From contig CALVRM010000013.1 in NCBI GenBank assembly GCA_944358695.1, positions 18,566 through 82,565 of the forward strand: a stretch of DNA of 64,000 nucleotides, read 5' to 3'. Positions 29,673 through 40,759 of the stretch are shown here, in pieces. Source of the stretch: an uncultured Bacilli bacterium. GTDB taxonomy: Bacteria; Bacillota_I; Bacilli_A; RF39; UBA660. The notes under the pieces are model-generated. The model saw only the letters and a list, made by a program, of their open reading frames with translations, did no database searches and was not told the origin of the DNA. A program made the translations under genes and the position numbers. How positions within the stretch are numbered: position 1 is the first letter of the stretch; every line of letters begins with the position of its first letter.

Positions 29673-30116
29673 TTAGTATTTTAATCTAGATTTAATATCC
29701 CGTTCAATATCTCTTTTCTTTATTGCCTCTCTTTTGTCATAGTTTTTCTTTCCCTTGGCTACGCCTAAAAGAATTTTAGCTTTGTTTTTTTTGAAATAAA
29801 GTTTAAGTGGGACAAGTGTAAAGCCTTCAGTTTTAATTTTATCATTTAACTTCATTATTTCTTTTTTATGAAGTAGTAATTTTCTAGTCCTAGTTTCTTC
29901 ATGATTGAAAATATTCCCTTGTTCATATGGACTAATATGCATATTTATGATTACCGCCTCACCTTTTTTTATTGTTGCATAACTATCTTTTAAATTTGCT
30001 TTACCTAAGCGAATTGATTTTATTTCAGTACCAGTTAAAACAATACCGGCTTCAATAGTGTCAAATATTTGATAATCATATTTAGCTTTGCGATTGTTTA
30101 TTTCCATTTTTATCAC
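29673..30116 (-). CDS. smpB: SsrA-binding protein
   Basis: [27 protein letters not shown]... is the SmpB family. The rnr-smpB-ssrA synteny is conserved. Confidence 0.9.
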   Translation of the reverse strand: MIKMEINNRKAKYDYQIFDTIEAGIVLTGTEIKSIRLGKANLKDSYATIKKGEAVIINMHISPYEQGNIFNHEETRTRKLLLHKKEIMKLNDKIKTEGFTLVPLKLYFKKNKAKILLGVAKGKKNYDKREAIKKRDIERDIKSRLKY

Positions 30117-32205
30117 CTTTTTTAGCGAGTTTAAAGTTAATTAACCCTTTATCTTTATTAACACTATCAACAATAACTTCAACTTTATGGCCAAGCATAT
30201 AACGTTTTTTAGTACGTTTACCAATTAAGCTAAATGTTGATTCTTGATAAATATAATAATCATCAGTTAGGTCATCTATTTTAATCATGCCTTCAATCAT
30301 ATTTGGAAGTTCGACATAAAGGCCGTATGTAGTTACGGTATTTATAATACCTGTATAAACTTCCCCAATATGGTCTTGCATATATTCAGCCATTTTCATA
30401 TCAGTAACATCGCGTTCGCAGTCAATAGCTGCCCGCTCCCTTTCGGAAGACTGTTTAGCAATTTGTGATAATGTATTGTTAAAATAATTAATTGTATCAT
30501 TATTAATGCTGTGATTAAATAGATAAGTGCGAAGCAAGCGATGAACATTTAAATCTGGAAATCTTCTAATCGGAGAAGTGAAATGGGTATAGCACTTACT
30601 AGCTAATCCAAAATGTCCAATGTTAGTAACATCATATATCGCTTTTTGCATACTTCTTAAAAGCATGGAAGAAAGAATTGGATATTCTTCTTTATCTTTT
30701 AACTGTTCTAAAATTTCTTGAACCGTTTTTGAAGTAATATTTTTTAAGTTAGCATTTACTTTATAACCTAAGATACCGGTAAATTTCAAGAAATTATGAA
30801 TTTTTTCTTCATCGGGATTACCATGAACTCGGTATATAAATGGAAGATCCATATAAAAAATAGTGGTGGCAACTGCTTCATTCGCGGCTATCATAAAGTC
30901 CTCAATAAGTTTTTCGCCTTCACCGCGAACTCGTTTCTGGATATCGATAGCTTTGCCATTATCGTCAACAATGATTTTTGGCTCTTCAGTACCAAAGTCG
31001 ATATAACCCTTAGCTATTTTAGCTTTTCTTAAAATCTTAGCCAAATCGTGCATTTGCTTTAATATTCCAGCATACTCTTCATATCCTTCAGGAATAATAT
31101 TTTCTTCAATTATTTTATTAACATTTTTATATGTCATTTGTTTACGAGACTTAATAATACTTTCAAAAATATTACTATCAATAATATTACCTTTTTGATC
31201 GATTTCCATAACACAAGAGATTGCTAGCCGATCAACATTAGGATTTAAGGAACAAATACCATTTGATAGTTGATGTGGAAGCATAGGAATAACTTTATCT
31301 GCTAAATACGAACTAGTTCCACGATTATAAGCTTCGTCATATAAGGCAGTTCCTTCTTTAACATAATATGATACATCAGCTATATGAACACCTAATTCAT
31401 AATGCCCGTTTTTTAAATGTTTGATGCTGATAGCATCATCAATATCTTTCGTGTCATCACCATCAATGGTAAAAATTACTTCACTTCGCAAATCTTTTCG
31501 CCCTTGACATTCCTCAGCTTTAACTTCACTTGGGATAGTTTCAAGCTCTTTTTCCACTTCTTCAGGGAATATATCTATTATGTTATATTTAGCTGCGATA
31601 GTTAAAATATCAACGCCCGCATCATCTTTATGGCCAATGATTCTAACGACTTCTCCTTGATAATAATTTGTCTTTTCAAGTGCATTATCTATTTTTACAA
31701 CGACTTTATGGCCTGGGACAGCCCCTTTAGTTTGATCATGATTAATTTCAATAATAATGTTTAACTTATCATCTTCAAGGTTAATAAAATTTTTACCATC
31801 TTTAATGTAAAATTCTCCGACTAAAAGATCATTTAAATTACGTTCGTTTATATGTTTTATAACGGCTTCGTGTTTTTGCTCATCAATAACATTGATGACT
31901 ACAACGTCACCATTTATAGCACCGTTCATATTATTTCTAGCAACATAATAATCTTCAGCTTCTCCTTCGACCATAACGAAGCCAAAACCTTTAGGATTGG
32001 CAATTAGAGTGCCAAGTTTTTGTTTTTTATCGTGAAATTTTTCATATTTTCCTTTATTTGTAACTCTAATTTTTAGATTTTTCTGAAGTTCTATTAGAAT
32101 TTTACCTAGTTCGTCTTTTTCTTCTTCTGTTAATTTGTCCTGGATTTCTTCATAAGTGATGGCTTTATTTTGGCCTTCAATTATGGATAAAATTTTTTCT
32201 TCCAT
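30082..32205 (-). CDS. rnr: Ribonuclease R
   Basis: 707 aa with cold-shock/OB N-terminus, RNB catalytic region and a C-terminal S1-like, K-rich tail. Confidence 0.9.
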   Translation of the reverse strand: MEEKILSIIEGQNKAITYEEIQDKLTEEEKDELGKILIELQKNLKIRVTNKGKYEKFHDKKQKLGTLIANPKGFGFVMVEGEAEDYYVARNNMNGAINGDVVVINVIDEQKHEAVIKHINERNLNDLLVGEFYIKDGKNFINLEDDKLNIIIEINHDQTKGAVPGHKVVVKIDNALEKTNYYQGEVVRIIGHKDDAGVDILTIAAKYNIIDIFPEEVEKELETIPSEVKAEECQGRKDLRSEVIFTIDGDDTKDIDDAISIKHLKNGHYELGVHIADVSYYVKEGTALYDEAYNRGTSSYLADKVIPMLPHQLSNGICSLNPNVDRLAISCVMEIDQKGNIIDSNIFESIIKSRKQMTYKNVNKIIEENIIPEGYEEYAGILKQMHDLAKILRKAKIAKGYIDFGTEEPKIIVDDNGKAIDIQKRVRGEGEKLIEDFMIAANEAVATTIFYMDLPFIYRVHGNPDEEKIHNFLKFTGILGYKVNANLKNITSKTVQEILEQLKDKEEYPILSSMLLRSMQKAIYDVTNIGHFGLASKCYTHFTSPIRRFPDLNVHRLLRTYLFNHSINNDTINYFNNTLSQIAKQSSERERAAIDCERDVTDMKMAEYMQDHIGEVYTGIINTVTTYGLYVELPNMIEGMIKIDDLTDDYYIYQESTFSLIGKRTKKRYMLGHKVEVIVDSVNKDKGLINFKLAKKGDKNGNKQSQS

Positions 32206-32324
32206 TTTTCCACCTCTATTTATTATTATAAGACAAATACCTTTAAAAATATAGTAAATATTGAATTTTAACTATTATTTGACATTTTATATAGAAAAAG
32301 TTATCTTGATACCTCAAAATAACT

Positions 32325-32888
32325 TCACTTTTTACTTTTTAATCGTTTACTCGTAATAACATACCAAAGGCTGAAACCTATTGAGCCAATAAAGGCCACA
32401 ATCATGTCCCACATAGTATCGTCAACCCCGGTTTCTGCAACTTTTTGAGCATCACCACCAAATAACGCATTACACGTAAATTCAAATGTTTCCCATATTC
32501 CAGCACAGAGCCAACTAAAAGAAACGATAAATAAAATGTTAAAAAATATTCCTTTTACTTTTTTATGTTCTAATATAAGCATGGCAATATAAGAAGTCAA
32601 AACTCCAGAGATTGTATGCGTGACCTTATCAAACCCTGGCCAAGTATTATAGCTTTCTTGTATTACGCCTAAATAATGGGCCATAAAGATAAAGATAACC
32701 CAAATAAGTGTAAAACCTTCAGCTAACTTGACTTTAAATATTTTTTGAAATATATAAGGTAAAGTTACAGTTATAATGATACTAGAATCTTTTAAAATAA
32801 TGACAAGACTTTTGTCTAATTCACCGATTATCGTAAATAAGGCACAGATGATAACAGCCATCATTAATAGTATATTAATTTTCTTCAT
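32325..32888 (-). CDS. Hypothetical polytopic membrane protein (DUF2238/YjdF-like?)
   Basis: 187 aa with 5-6 TM segments. Confidence 0.45.
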   Translation of the reverse strand: MKKINILLMMAVIICALFTIIGELDKSLVIILKDSSIIITVTLPYIFQKIFKVKLAEGFTLIWVIFIFMAHYLGVIQESYNTWPGFDKVTHTISGVLTSYIAMLILEHKKVKGIFFNILFIVSFSWLCAGIWETFEFTCNALFGGDAQKVAETGVDDTMWDMIVAFIGSIGFSLWYVITSKRLKSKK

Positions 32889-33939
32889 GAGTAAGGTTCT
32901 CCATTTCTACTTGATTAATTGAATTAAACCGTTTCGTTATTTTGTCGGTTGTTGTATGAAGATCTTTAACATCTCTACTAACCGTATCAATGCTTCTTGA
33001 AAGTTTATCCCAGCGATCTTTATATCGTTTAAATTCTTCAGATAATAATTTCAACTCTTGGTGGATTACTTTAGTATATTTATCTCTTTCAATATTTTTC
33101 ATAATAATTTGTAAAGTAGTTAAAGTACTCATTAAAGTAGTTGGACCGGCGATCCAAACTCTTTTTTTATAAGCATAATCCATGATATCTTGATGATAAG
33201 CATTTACTTCAGCAAAAATAGCTTCAGCTGGAAGAAAAAGAATAGCTTGATCGGCAGTTTCACTGGGAATAATATATTTATTAGCAATGGCGTCAATGTG
33301 TTTTTTCATATCAATTTTAAACAGTTTTTCAGCTTCAGCCCGATGAGGATTTTTTTTATCGACCATAGCTTGATAATTTTCTAAAGGGAATTTAGAATCT
33401 ATGGCGATTAACCCCAATGGCTCTGGGGCAAAAATAACACTATCGGCAATACTGCCGTTACTTAAAGTATATTGAAGGTGGTAAACCCGTTCATTATTGG
33501 GACCAAAAACATTCTCTAAAATATGTTTTAAATTCACCTCGCCAAAAATTCCCCTAGTTTTTTTGTCAGTCAAGACGGTTTGTAAGGAAACAATGTCGTT
33601 GGATAAATTATCTATCTTTTTCTGGGCTTCATCTATTTTAGTTAATCTTTCCAAAACAGAAGTGAAAGTTTTATTGGTTTTCTCAAAATTATGGTCCAGT
33701 CTTTCGTTTACTTTATCGTTAATTTGATTTAGGCGTTTTTCCATTTTTTCATTTAACGTAGTAAAATTATCATTGGTACTTTGCGCAAGTTTACTTTGAA
33801 AATCCCCTAATTCTCTAACTACCTCAGTCTCTAACTTTCCTAGTCTTTCAGTTATATTAGATTCATTGATATTCTTACTTAAAACAATAACGTTAATTAT
33901 TAATATTATAACTAATAAGCCGATTATTATGTACTCCAT
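32875..33939 (-). CDS. rmuC: DNA recombination protein RmuC
   Basis: N-terminal TM, long coiled coil, C-terminal ...AILFLPAEAIFAEV...IAGPTTLMSTLTTLQ, the RmuC domain. Confidence 0.8.
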   Translation of the reverse strand: MEYIIIGLLVIILIINVIVLSKNINESNITERLGKLETEVVRELGDFQSKLAQSTNDNFTTLNEKMEKRLNQINDKVNERLDHNFEKTNKTFTSVLERLTKIDEAQKKIDNLSNDIVSLQTVLTDKKTRGIFGEVNLKHILENVFGPNNERVYHLQYTLSNGSIADSVIFAPEPLGLIAIDSKFPLENYQAMVDKKNPHRAEAEKLFKIDMKKHIDAIANKYIIPSETADQAILFLPAEAIFAEVNAYHQDIMDYAYKKRVWIAGPTTLMSTLTTLQIIMKNIERDKYTKVIHQELKLLSEEFKRYKDRWDKLSRSIDTVSRDVKDLHTTTDKITKRFNSINQVEMENLTHEEN

Positions 33940-34007
33940 ATTTTCGCCATCCTATCTTTATTTATTATAACTTATATTTTGCTGCTATTCAAGCATTTAA
34001 AAGGCTT

Positions 34008-34038
34008 GCACAAAAAAATATAAGCTTCCTGCTTATAT
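34008..34038 (-). terminator. Rho-independent terminator after the XRE gene
   Basis: AATATAAGC-AGGA-GCTTATATT palindrome followed by a T-run on the minus strand. Confidence 0.55.
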
Positions 34039-34296
34039 TTAAAAGTAAATTTCTTCAGGTTTGTTTTCTTTGCAAAGCTCCGACATATCTACTTCTAATA
34101 CTAAAGCTATCTTCCATAAAGTTCCTAAAGAAAAAGTTTGATGGGCATTATTTTCAATGTTAGAAATAAATTGTTTTGAATAATGCGTTGCTTCTGCTAA
34201 TTCCCTTTGTGTCCAACCTTTTTGTTTCCGATATTTTCTGATGTTCTTTCCAACGAAATCGTAAACATAGTTTTCATTTTCTCTTTCAAATCTCAT
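34039..34296 (-). CDS. XRE-family HTH transcriptional regulator
   Basis: YRKQKGWTQRELAEATHYSKQFISNIEN. Confidence 0.8.
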   Translation of the reverse strand: MRFERENENYVYDFVGKNIRKYRKQKGWTQRELAEATHYSKQFISNIENNAHQTFSLGTLWKIALVLEVDMSELCKENKPEEIYF

Positions 34297-34383
34297 TCTA
34301 CCACCATCTTAATTCTCCCATATTTTGCCATTAATTGAGTGCCGCTATTCGTAACACATTAAAAAAGCTATGTTTTCATAGCT

Positions 34384-34674
34384 TTAGCTGTTTAAAATCC
34401 ATGCTTCGTAACCACCTATAACATTGTGAACATGATAGCCTTGTCTTTGCAAAATCTGACAAAGGCCTTTTGAAGTTTGACCATGTTTACAATAAATATA
34501 GTATTCGTCATTTTTATTTAAATGTTTTTCGGGTCTTATAAGCAAATCATTATATGAGATATTTTTTGCTCCAGGAATGTGATTATTATTGTAGTTTTCG
34601 ATGCTTCTGATATCAATTATGTTAGGATTATTTAGCTTTAATAAATCGGTTACTGAAATATTCAAAACCATCAC
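34384..34674 (-). CDS. Single-domain rhodanese-like sulfurtransferase
   Basis: IIDIRS..NHIPGAKNI...YIYCKHGQTSKGLCQIL with the catalytic Cys loop. Confidence 0.8.
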   Translation of the reverse strand: MMVLNISVTDLLKLNNPNIIDIRSIENYNNNHIPGAKNISYNDLLIRPEKHLNKNDEYYIYCKHGQTSKGLCQILQRQGYHVHNVIGGYEAWILNS

Positions 34675-34721
34675 CTCTAATACAGTATATGATAGTCTTT
34701 TTTTTAAATGGCGGTTTTTAC

Positions 34722-34755
34722 ATAGAAAAATAAGACTTTATAAATCAAAAGTCTT
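34722..34755 (-). terminator. Rho-independent terminator ending the long minus-strand array
   Basis: AATAAGACTTT-N10-AAGTCTTATT followed by TTTT on the minus strand. Confidence 0.55.
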
Positions 34756-37063
34756 ATTCCATATCATCGTCATCGGCAAAGAAATCATCGAAGAACTGAT
34801 CATCTGTGACATAATCTTGAGAATTAGTAATTGACGACTTTGATTTAGCTGGCACAGTTTCTTGAACAGTTTCTTCTTTGACGTTTTTCTTTCTGGCATT
34901 TTCATTTATTTTATTAGTAATTTTTGAAGCCAATTCTTGCTTCGAAATACTATGTTTATTCTTAGGAGTAGCCGGAACAACCGTAGTCTTAGCCGGTTCT
35001 TTTTTTTCATTTTGATCATTTTCTTTAGCAATATTCTTTGGCTCTGAAACTTTAGTTACAGGCTGATTAGAAGTTGAAGGCATTTTAGGAGCGGCTCCGC
35101 CTTTTCTTTTAGTATTTAATTCAGCTTTTTGTTTTTCTTCTTCAGCTTCTAATTCAGCGATTCTTTCATCAATACGTTTAAATAATGCTTCGATATCAAC
35201 ATTGCCTTGTTTACGTTGTACTGGTGGCTTAGCATTTGGCATAACTGGCATATTAGGCACTGGTCTTTGTGGATGGTTTTGCCTCATGTTGCCGCTAATG
35301 ATTTGATTGATTCTTTCTTCTTTTTTCTTGTTCACGTAACCTTTTAAATCAAAAATATGAATTGGTTCTTTAACTCTTTGCGGATATATTGCTTCACTAG
35401 CAGATTGTGACTTATATAATGGTGGCCATTCCATTTCATGATCTAGTTTAAGTTTAGTTTTAAATGGATCTAAACGGGTACGCAATAAAATAATTTCACC
35501 ATATGGCAATTTTTGTAGATCACTAACGGTAATAAGTGGTCTTGTTTCTTCTTTTTCTTTTTCACCTTTCCCACTTTTTACTTTTATTTCACCACACATG
35601 GTACTAATTTCTTTTAACGCATCTAATTCCGTACTAATTAAATAAATAATATTTTGGCAGTTACCCTTGATAGTGTCACCTTTATTTTTGCCGTAAACTT
35701 CTGATAATTGAGCAAAGTTTTGAATAATGAAGGTAAAGCGCATGTTACGGCTTCGAGCCGCTGATACCATCGTTTCTACGTCTTTTAATGGTGGCATATT
35801 AGCGAACTCATCAAGAATAAAGTTTGTACGATATGGAAGTTTTCCGCCACATTTTTGAGCATAATCTACCAAAGTTTCGTAGCACTGTTTAACAAAGATT
35901 GTAACTAATGAGTGATAAGTAGTTTTTTCATCTTGAATAATGATAAAAACCGCGGTTTTTCTTTTACCGATATCTGATAATTCAAAGTCACTATGGGAAA
36001 GCATTTCTGACATGTTTTCTCTTGAAGCAAATAATCTTAGTTTTTGTTTAAAGACTGACAAAATACTTCCTTTAGTGTCACTAGGGGCAATTAAAGTAGA
36101 GGAAGCACTAACATAAGCTGGAGAGGCTGGATTTTTAGTGTTAAAATATTCATTGACATAGGTGGTTGTTCCACATTTTTCTTCACCAATGGTTGTAAAT
36201 AAATTAACACTATTTAGATTAATTTCTTCTTCTTTAGCATCTTCAAACAAAGCTAAACATAATCCAGAGAAATAATCGGCTGAAGTTTTTTCCCAAAAGG
36301 GATCTTGATTACTAGCATTTTGTTCATACAAAATATTAACCGCCAAGTCATCAACTAATTCGTTAGCTTTATCGCTATTGCCTTCTTTATAATATTGGTA
36401 AGGTAAATGTAGGGGATTCCACCCACTACCACGCTGCGGATCACGGAAATTCAAGAGAACGACATTATAGCCCCTCTCTCTTAACATTTTTGATGTTTTT
36501 TCATATATCTCGCCTTTAGGGTCAGTGATAATCATTGACTCATCATGTTTAGCTAGAGTTTTAACCATTGGTAAAACAATCATTTGCGTTTTTCCACTAC
36601 CAGATGAACCCATAACAATACTATGGCCTTCTCCATTGTCAACCCAGATATGTTTACCATCGTTCATTAAAGGAATTCCGCCAGCTTCTGCGGTCTCAGA
36701 ATTTACAAGGACTTCCTTAATATCTCTTGCTTTTTTAAATTCTTTAACTTCTAGCCATTTTGAATAGCCTTTTTCCTTCTTTTTAGTAGTTGATATACCT
36801 AATCCCTTCTCAACGTCGAAAAAGCGATCAGAGACGCTTAAAACGCTAGCAACTAGGGCTACGACATATAAGGTTAAAGTAATACCTATAAAGTTTTTAC
36901 TAAATGCTGGAAATGGATTAAATCCGTGAAAAGGACGATCAATATCCCCAGCGGCAAATTGAGCAATATTTAAAACTGCTATTGCAACAAAATACAATAA
37001 TACTACGGCATAGACACCAAACATAATCCAATCTTTTGAATCGGCAGTAAATTTTAATTTCAT
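34754..37063 (-). CDS. Type IV coupling protein (VirD4/TraG/TcpA-like T4CP)
   Basis: Two N-terminal TM helices and Walker A GSSGSGKTQ. ...HSIVMGSSGSGKTQMIVLPM...TDPKGE... and ...NFILDEFANMP are typical of TraG/VirD4. An acidic C-terminal tail follows. The gene has its own promoter (TGCTATAAT) after an upstream terminator. Confidence 0.85.
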   Translation of the reverse strand: MKLKFTADSKDWIMFGVYAVVLLYFVAIAVLNIAQFAAGDIDRPFHGFNPFPAFSKNFIGITLTLYVVALVASVLSVSDRFFDVEKGLGISTTKKKEKGYSKWLEVKEFKKARDIKEVLVNSETAEAGGIPLMNDGKHIWVDNGEGHSIVMGSSGSGKTQMIVLPMVKTLAKHDESMIITDPKGEIYEKTSKMLRERGYNVVLLNFRDPQRGSGWNPLHLPYQYYKEGNSDKANELVDDLAVNILYEQNASNQDPFWEKTSADYFSGLCLALFEDAKEEEINLNSVNLFTTIGEEKCGTTTYVNEYFNTKNPASPAYVSASSTLIAPSDTKGSILSVFKQKLRLFASRENMSEMLSHSDFELSDIGKRKTAVFIIIQDEKTTYHSLVTIFVKQCYETLVDYAQKCGGKLPYRTNFILDEFANMPPLKDVETMVSAARSRNMRFTFIIQNFAQLSEVYGKNKGDTIKGNCQNIIYLISTELDALKEISTMCGEIKVKSGKGEKEKEETRPLITVSDLQKLPYGEIILLRTRLDPFKTKLKLDHEMEWPPLYKSQSASEAIYPQRVKEPIHIFDLKGYVNKKKEERINQIISGNMRQNHPQRPVPNMPVMPNAKPPVQRKQGNVDIEALFKRIDERIAELEAEEEKQKAELNTKRKGGAAPKMPSTSNQPVTKVSEPKNIAKENDQNEKKEPAKTTVVPATPKNKHSISKQELASKITNKINENARKKNVKEETVQETVPAKSKSSITNSQDYVTDDQFFDDFFADDDDME

Positions 37064-37154
37064 ATATAGCCTCCCTAATGCTTTTTATTGTTAGTTAGTA
37101 TATAATATTTTAACTTAAAATTCAAGTGATTTAACTATAATACAATTATAGCAT

Positions 37155-37185
37155 AAAAAAGTAATATATTGAATATTACTTCGTG
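37155..37185 (-). terminator. Rho-independent terminator between the 259-aa gene and the T4CP gene
   Basis: AAGTAATAT-TCA-ATATTACTT followed by TTTTAT on the minus strand. Confidence 0.5.
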
Positions 37186-37186
37186 C

Positions 37187-37966
37187 CTATTTACAATCAT
37201 GTATTAATTGCCACGTATCATTATCTAGTCCATATATTTGATAGCAAGTATCAAAAGTTGGAATATCAACCATTCCTTTAGTAACTATAAATTCATACTT
37301 TCCATCTTCATTAATATCCAAAACTTCACGGATAAAATATGGTGTATTTGCACTTGAAGCTATTACTTGGGTTACCTGCCCGTTTTTAGTAGCAAATAAC
37401 TGAGAAACTTTAGTTTCAGGACTGTATTCTAAGCTTTTATTAGTCGTAGTATAAATTGACTCTTCTATCCCGTCTCCATCAAAATCATAAGTAACTTTTC
37501 TAGTCGAATTGGTAAAGTTATCAATATTAGTAACATTATCTTTTGCTAAAGCTTCTCTTAAAACATTTTCATCATTTTGTGAATAATAGCTTTTGTCATA
37601 ATTAGCTATCCCGATTTTTTCTTCTCCTGAATATGCAACTCTGACTTTATCAGCATCAATATTTTTATAGTTTTTATCCATATAATACCACTGATTAGAA
37701 GTATATGATAAAGTAGATTCTTTATAAATTTCGTCGTCAGCATAAACATTATATTTTTGCTTTAAAATGTCGTCGTTAACCTTTGTTATTTGATCCCAAC
37801 CTTTTCCATTTTTCTCAAGAATTAAAGTCCCATCAATTATAAGGTATTTACTCGAATGGTGATTGGCAAAAATTGGTTTAAATATTACTACCAAAATAAT
37901 TAAAACGATTACTACAATTAAAATTATAATACCTATTTTAATATTTTTATTTGTTTCATCTTCCAT
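37187..37966 (-). CDS. Bitopic membrane protein of unknown function (possible VirB8/TcpC-like scaffold)
   Basis: N-terminal TM IKIGIIILIVVIVLIILVVIF, an extracytoplasmic domain with DFDGDGIEE (Ca-binding-like) and a C-terminal Cys pair. Confidence 0.45.
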   Translation of the reverse strand: MEDETNKNIKIGIIILIVVIVLIILVVIFKPIFANHHSSKYLIIDGTLILEKNGKGWDQITKVNDDILKQKYNVYADDEIYKESTLSYTSNQWYYMDKNYKNIDADKVRVAYSGEEKIGIANYDKSYYSQNDENVLREALAKDNVTNIDNFTNSTRKVTYDFDGDGIEESIYTTTNKSLEYSPETKVSQLFATKNGQVTQVIASSANTPYFIREVLDINEDGKYEFIVTKGMVDIPTFDTCYQIYGLDNDTWQLIHDCK

Positions 37967-38045
37967 GGTTTCACCTACTTTATAACAATTATATAAAGTA
38001 TGATTTTTAATGTCAACGTTATTTTATTTTTATTTTTAATTTTTA

Positions 38046-38642
38046 TTGAATAAGATAATTATAATTGATATAATTTATAATAAAGGGTGTGATAAAGTGG
38101 AAGATAAACAGGTCAAGATGATTACATATTTGAAAAAAACTATAATTATTTTATTAATTATCACATTAATAGTTATTGCAGGCGTTTTTAGTTATCGATT
38201 CATAATGAAAAAAATCAATACTGACAAATTCATTGATTATTTATCTGAAAATGACTATCAAGAAAAAAAAGATGGTTCTTATCAAAAAGAAAGTGAAAGC
38301 GACGATGTACTTATAAGATATAAAGCGCTTTCTACTGACTCTATAATTTCAAAAGAAACTTATGAAAACACCGAAAATGATTATACAAGCATTTCGCTAA
38401 AATACGAAAAAAATGGAAATATTGTTATCGGATTGCAATTTGAAGGATACAACAAACAAAATAACTATGGCGTTCTTTACCAAACTGGTAATTATAAGGA
38501 TGGAAAGTTTGATTGTCAGGTAGTAACCGGAAAAGGTTTTGAATCTAAATGCGATATCTTAAAAGATAAAGCTGAAGACTTCAATAGCGAAGTAAAACAA
38601 ATCCTGGAAAAAAACGAAATTAGTGCTAAATATATATCATAA
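38046..38642 (+). CDS. Hypothetical membrane-anchored protein, on the opposite strand and embedded in the array
   Basis: 198 aa with one TM (IIILLIITLIVIAGVF). The start is uncertain (38046 vs internal 38118). It has its own terminator. Confidence 0.5.
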   Translation: MNKIIIIDIIYNKGCDKVEDKQVKMITYLKKTIIILLIITLIVIAGVFSYRFIMKKINTDKFIDYLSENDYQEKKDGSYQKESESDDVLIRYKALSTDSIISKETYENTENDYTSISLKYEKNGNIVIGLQFEGYNKQNNYGVLYQTGNYKDGKFDCQVVTGKGFESKCDILKDKAEDFNSEVKQILEKNEISAKYIS

Positions 38643-38660
38643 AAACATTTTTAAAATATG

Positions 38661-38692
38661 CCAAAAGTACTTCCAAAAAGAAGTGCTTTTTT
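38661..38692 (+). terminator. Rho-independent terminator
   Basis: AGTACTTCC-AAAAA-GAAGTGCT followed by TTTTTTAT. Confidence 0.55.
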
Positions 38693-38845
38693 ATAGCCAA
38701 AATAACTGTAAAAACCTTTAAAACAACTTAAGATAAAATTATTATGAAAAAAGATTGTCTTCTATAATCATAGACTACAATCTTATAATTAAAATAATTA
38801 ATAAAAGTTTAATTAAAGTTATAATTTTTTATTAAATATATCATT

Positions 38846-40747
38846 TTACCAAATTGAACCTAAGTTTTTAGCACTGGCAACTCTTTTACCTCCCCATTCT
38901 GGAAACCACGTTCCAGATCCAGGGTTTCCATGTTGATAAAAATGAGCACGTGATACTTCAAACTCTAAAACATTTTGACCGTCACTATGGCCCCATTTAT
39001 TATAACCCTCGTCACCTGAACTTTTAATATCAGCTATAATAGTTGGTATCAAAGTGCCATCTTCTAAAAAGAAATCTACTTTATCACCAACTTGTCCAAA
39101 AGTTTCAGTACAAGCAATTAAATAGCGTCCTTCATACACAGCTATACCATTATCAAACTGTCCACCACTTGGAAGCCAATAATCATAGTATAATTTACCT
39201 TGGTTAGAGTTTCTAGCCCAATTCCATGAATTATCACTATTGCTATAATAGGTAACGGTAAATATACCATTCCCATATTCTTCTGGAATTATGATATCAC
39301 CAGAGGTTATACATTCATCAGAGGTTGACGTTCCAATTTTACCAAATTCAACATCAGTAGCATACATAACTCGATATGTTTGTACATACCATCCAGAATA
39401 GTTTTCATCTAAAGTTTTCCCCGTAGGGGCTCCTGGATCTATAATTGTAACTTGGTCTCCATTAACGCTGTCGACAGCTACCCAGTGTTGATTACTGCCA
39501 TCATGACTAATTTGAAGGACAATAAATTTTTGAAATTGCCCATCTATTGGCGTTGAAAGCTCGTCGGATAAAGTTTCTGCTAAAGTAGCACGGTCACTAG
39601 TTCCAACTTCTCTGGATTCTCCTACTCGCCAATTAGGTGCAATTGAAGTGTAACCACGCCAATTAAAAGCACCTCCACTACTAAAACCACCATTATTATT
39701 TAAAGTGGTTACCAAGGCACCTGGATTAAAAGAAGCGTAACCATCGGGCAAATTTAATATTTGCGTGCCTGAACGCGACATTTGAATAGCTAATGAAGTA
39801 ATTAAACATCCAATGTTCGCCATGCTATCAGCACCACCGACAGAGATATTACCCCATTCTGCATCCGCTTGTTTCCAATTAGAAAAACCGGTAGAAACGG
39901 TTGTTGGACAAACATTTGCCCTGTCACCTCTTAGTTTGCGATAATAGTCGGCTAAATCAATAATTTCCTGAGCAATACGTTCTTTATAAGCATTACGCCT
40001 ATTCTCATCTTCTATTTTATAAGCATCATACACTCCACCAATATAGCCGTTTTGGCATATGCTGGCCATGTTTTGAAAACGTGTTGCGGTTCTTTCTCCT
40101 TCGGTAATTACATCTTGGCCTGTAATAAATTGATAAGTAATATTTGCAATACTGAAAATTCCATCCGCAGCGGCACCGGCAACGCAAAATACCCCATTAT
40201 AAAAATCTTTTGTGAACCCGTCTTCCATATTATTTCCTACTAATTTATCGCCGGCAAGAGCTTTTTTATAAGCATCTTCATTATATGTTCCGGTCCAACC
40301 AGCGGCATCAGCCATAATAACAGCCGCTGCAGTTAAAAGATCTACTTGTTCAGATTTAGGGTTAACACCTATGGAATTCCCGTTTATTTCTTTTTTTTCT
40401 TGTTCACTATTATCTGAACTATTTTCGGCTTTAGTAAAAGCAGTGTTCAAAGAGGCTTTATAGGTATTAGCATCAAAGTTCTCTTCATATCTACTTGCAA
40501 CGGCTTGATAAGCTCCTTCTTTATGAAGAACTGTCGCCGCCAATGTTACTTCGTCAATAGTATTCCCAATTACTGGAAGACTTTTAATAATTTTAATTCT
40601 TTCAATAAATTGCTTTTCCATCTTATATGTTTCGGGATCACTATCTCGAAAAATAATATAAGCTTGGGCTTTGTCTGGAATAATTATTGTGCTGATAAAT
40701 ATTGCAAAAAGAAAAAGTAAAAATGTATATTTTTGTTTTTTCCTCAT
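38846..40747 (-). CDS. Secreted cell-wall hydrolase, VirB1/TcpG/CwlT analog, with a Peptidase_C39-like domain and a C-terminal 3D-like domain
   Basis: Signal peptide. ANIGCLITSLAIQMS ... HWVAVDSVNGDQVTIIDPG gives the Cys/His pattern of the C39-like family. The C-terminal ...ACTETFGQVGDKVDFFLEDGTLIPTIIADIKSSGDEG...LEFEV resembles the 3D (MltA/YuiC-like) domain. Confidence 0.6.
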   Translation of the reverse strand: MRKKQKYTFLLFLFAIFISTIIIPDKAQAYIIFRDSDPETYKMEKQFIERIKIIKSLPVIGNTIDEVTLAATVLHKEGAYQAVASRYEENFDANTYKASLNTAFTKAENSSDNSEQEKKEINGNSIGVNPKSEQVDLLTAAAVIMADAAGWTGTYNEDAYKKALAGDKLVGNNMEDGFTKDFYNGVFCVAGAAADGIFSIANITYQFITGQDVITEGERTATRFQNMASICQNGYIGGVYDAYKIEDENRRNAYKERIAQEIIDLADYYRKLRGDRANVCPTTVSTGFSNWKQADAEWGNISVGGADSMANIGCLITSLAIQMSRSGTQILNLPDGYASFNPGALVTTLNNNGGFSSGGAFNWRGYTSIAPNWRVGESREVGTSDRATLAETLSDELSTPIDGQFQKFIVLQISHDGSNQHWVAVDSVNGDQVTIIDPGAPTGKTLDENYSGWYVQTYRVMYATDVEFGKIGTSTSDECITSGDIIIPEEYGNGIFTVTYYSNSDNSWNWARNSNQGKLYYDYWLPSGGQFDNGIAVYEGRYLIACTETFGQVGDKVDFFLEDGTLIPTIIADIKSSGDEGYNKWGHSDGQNVLEFEVSRAHFYQHGNPGSGTWFPEWGGKRVASAKNLGSIW

Positions 40748-40759
40748 TCCTTCACCACC

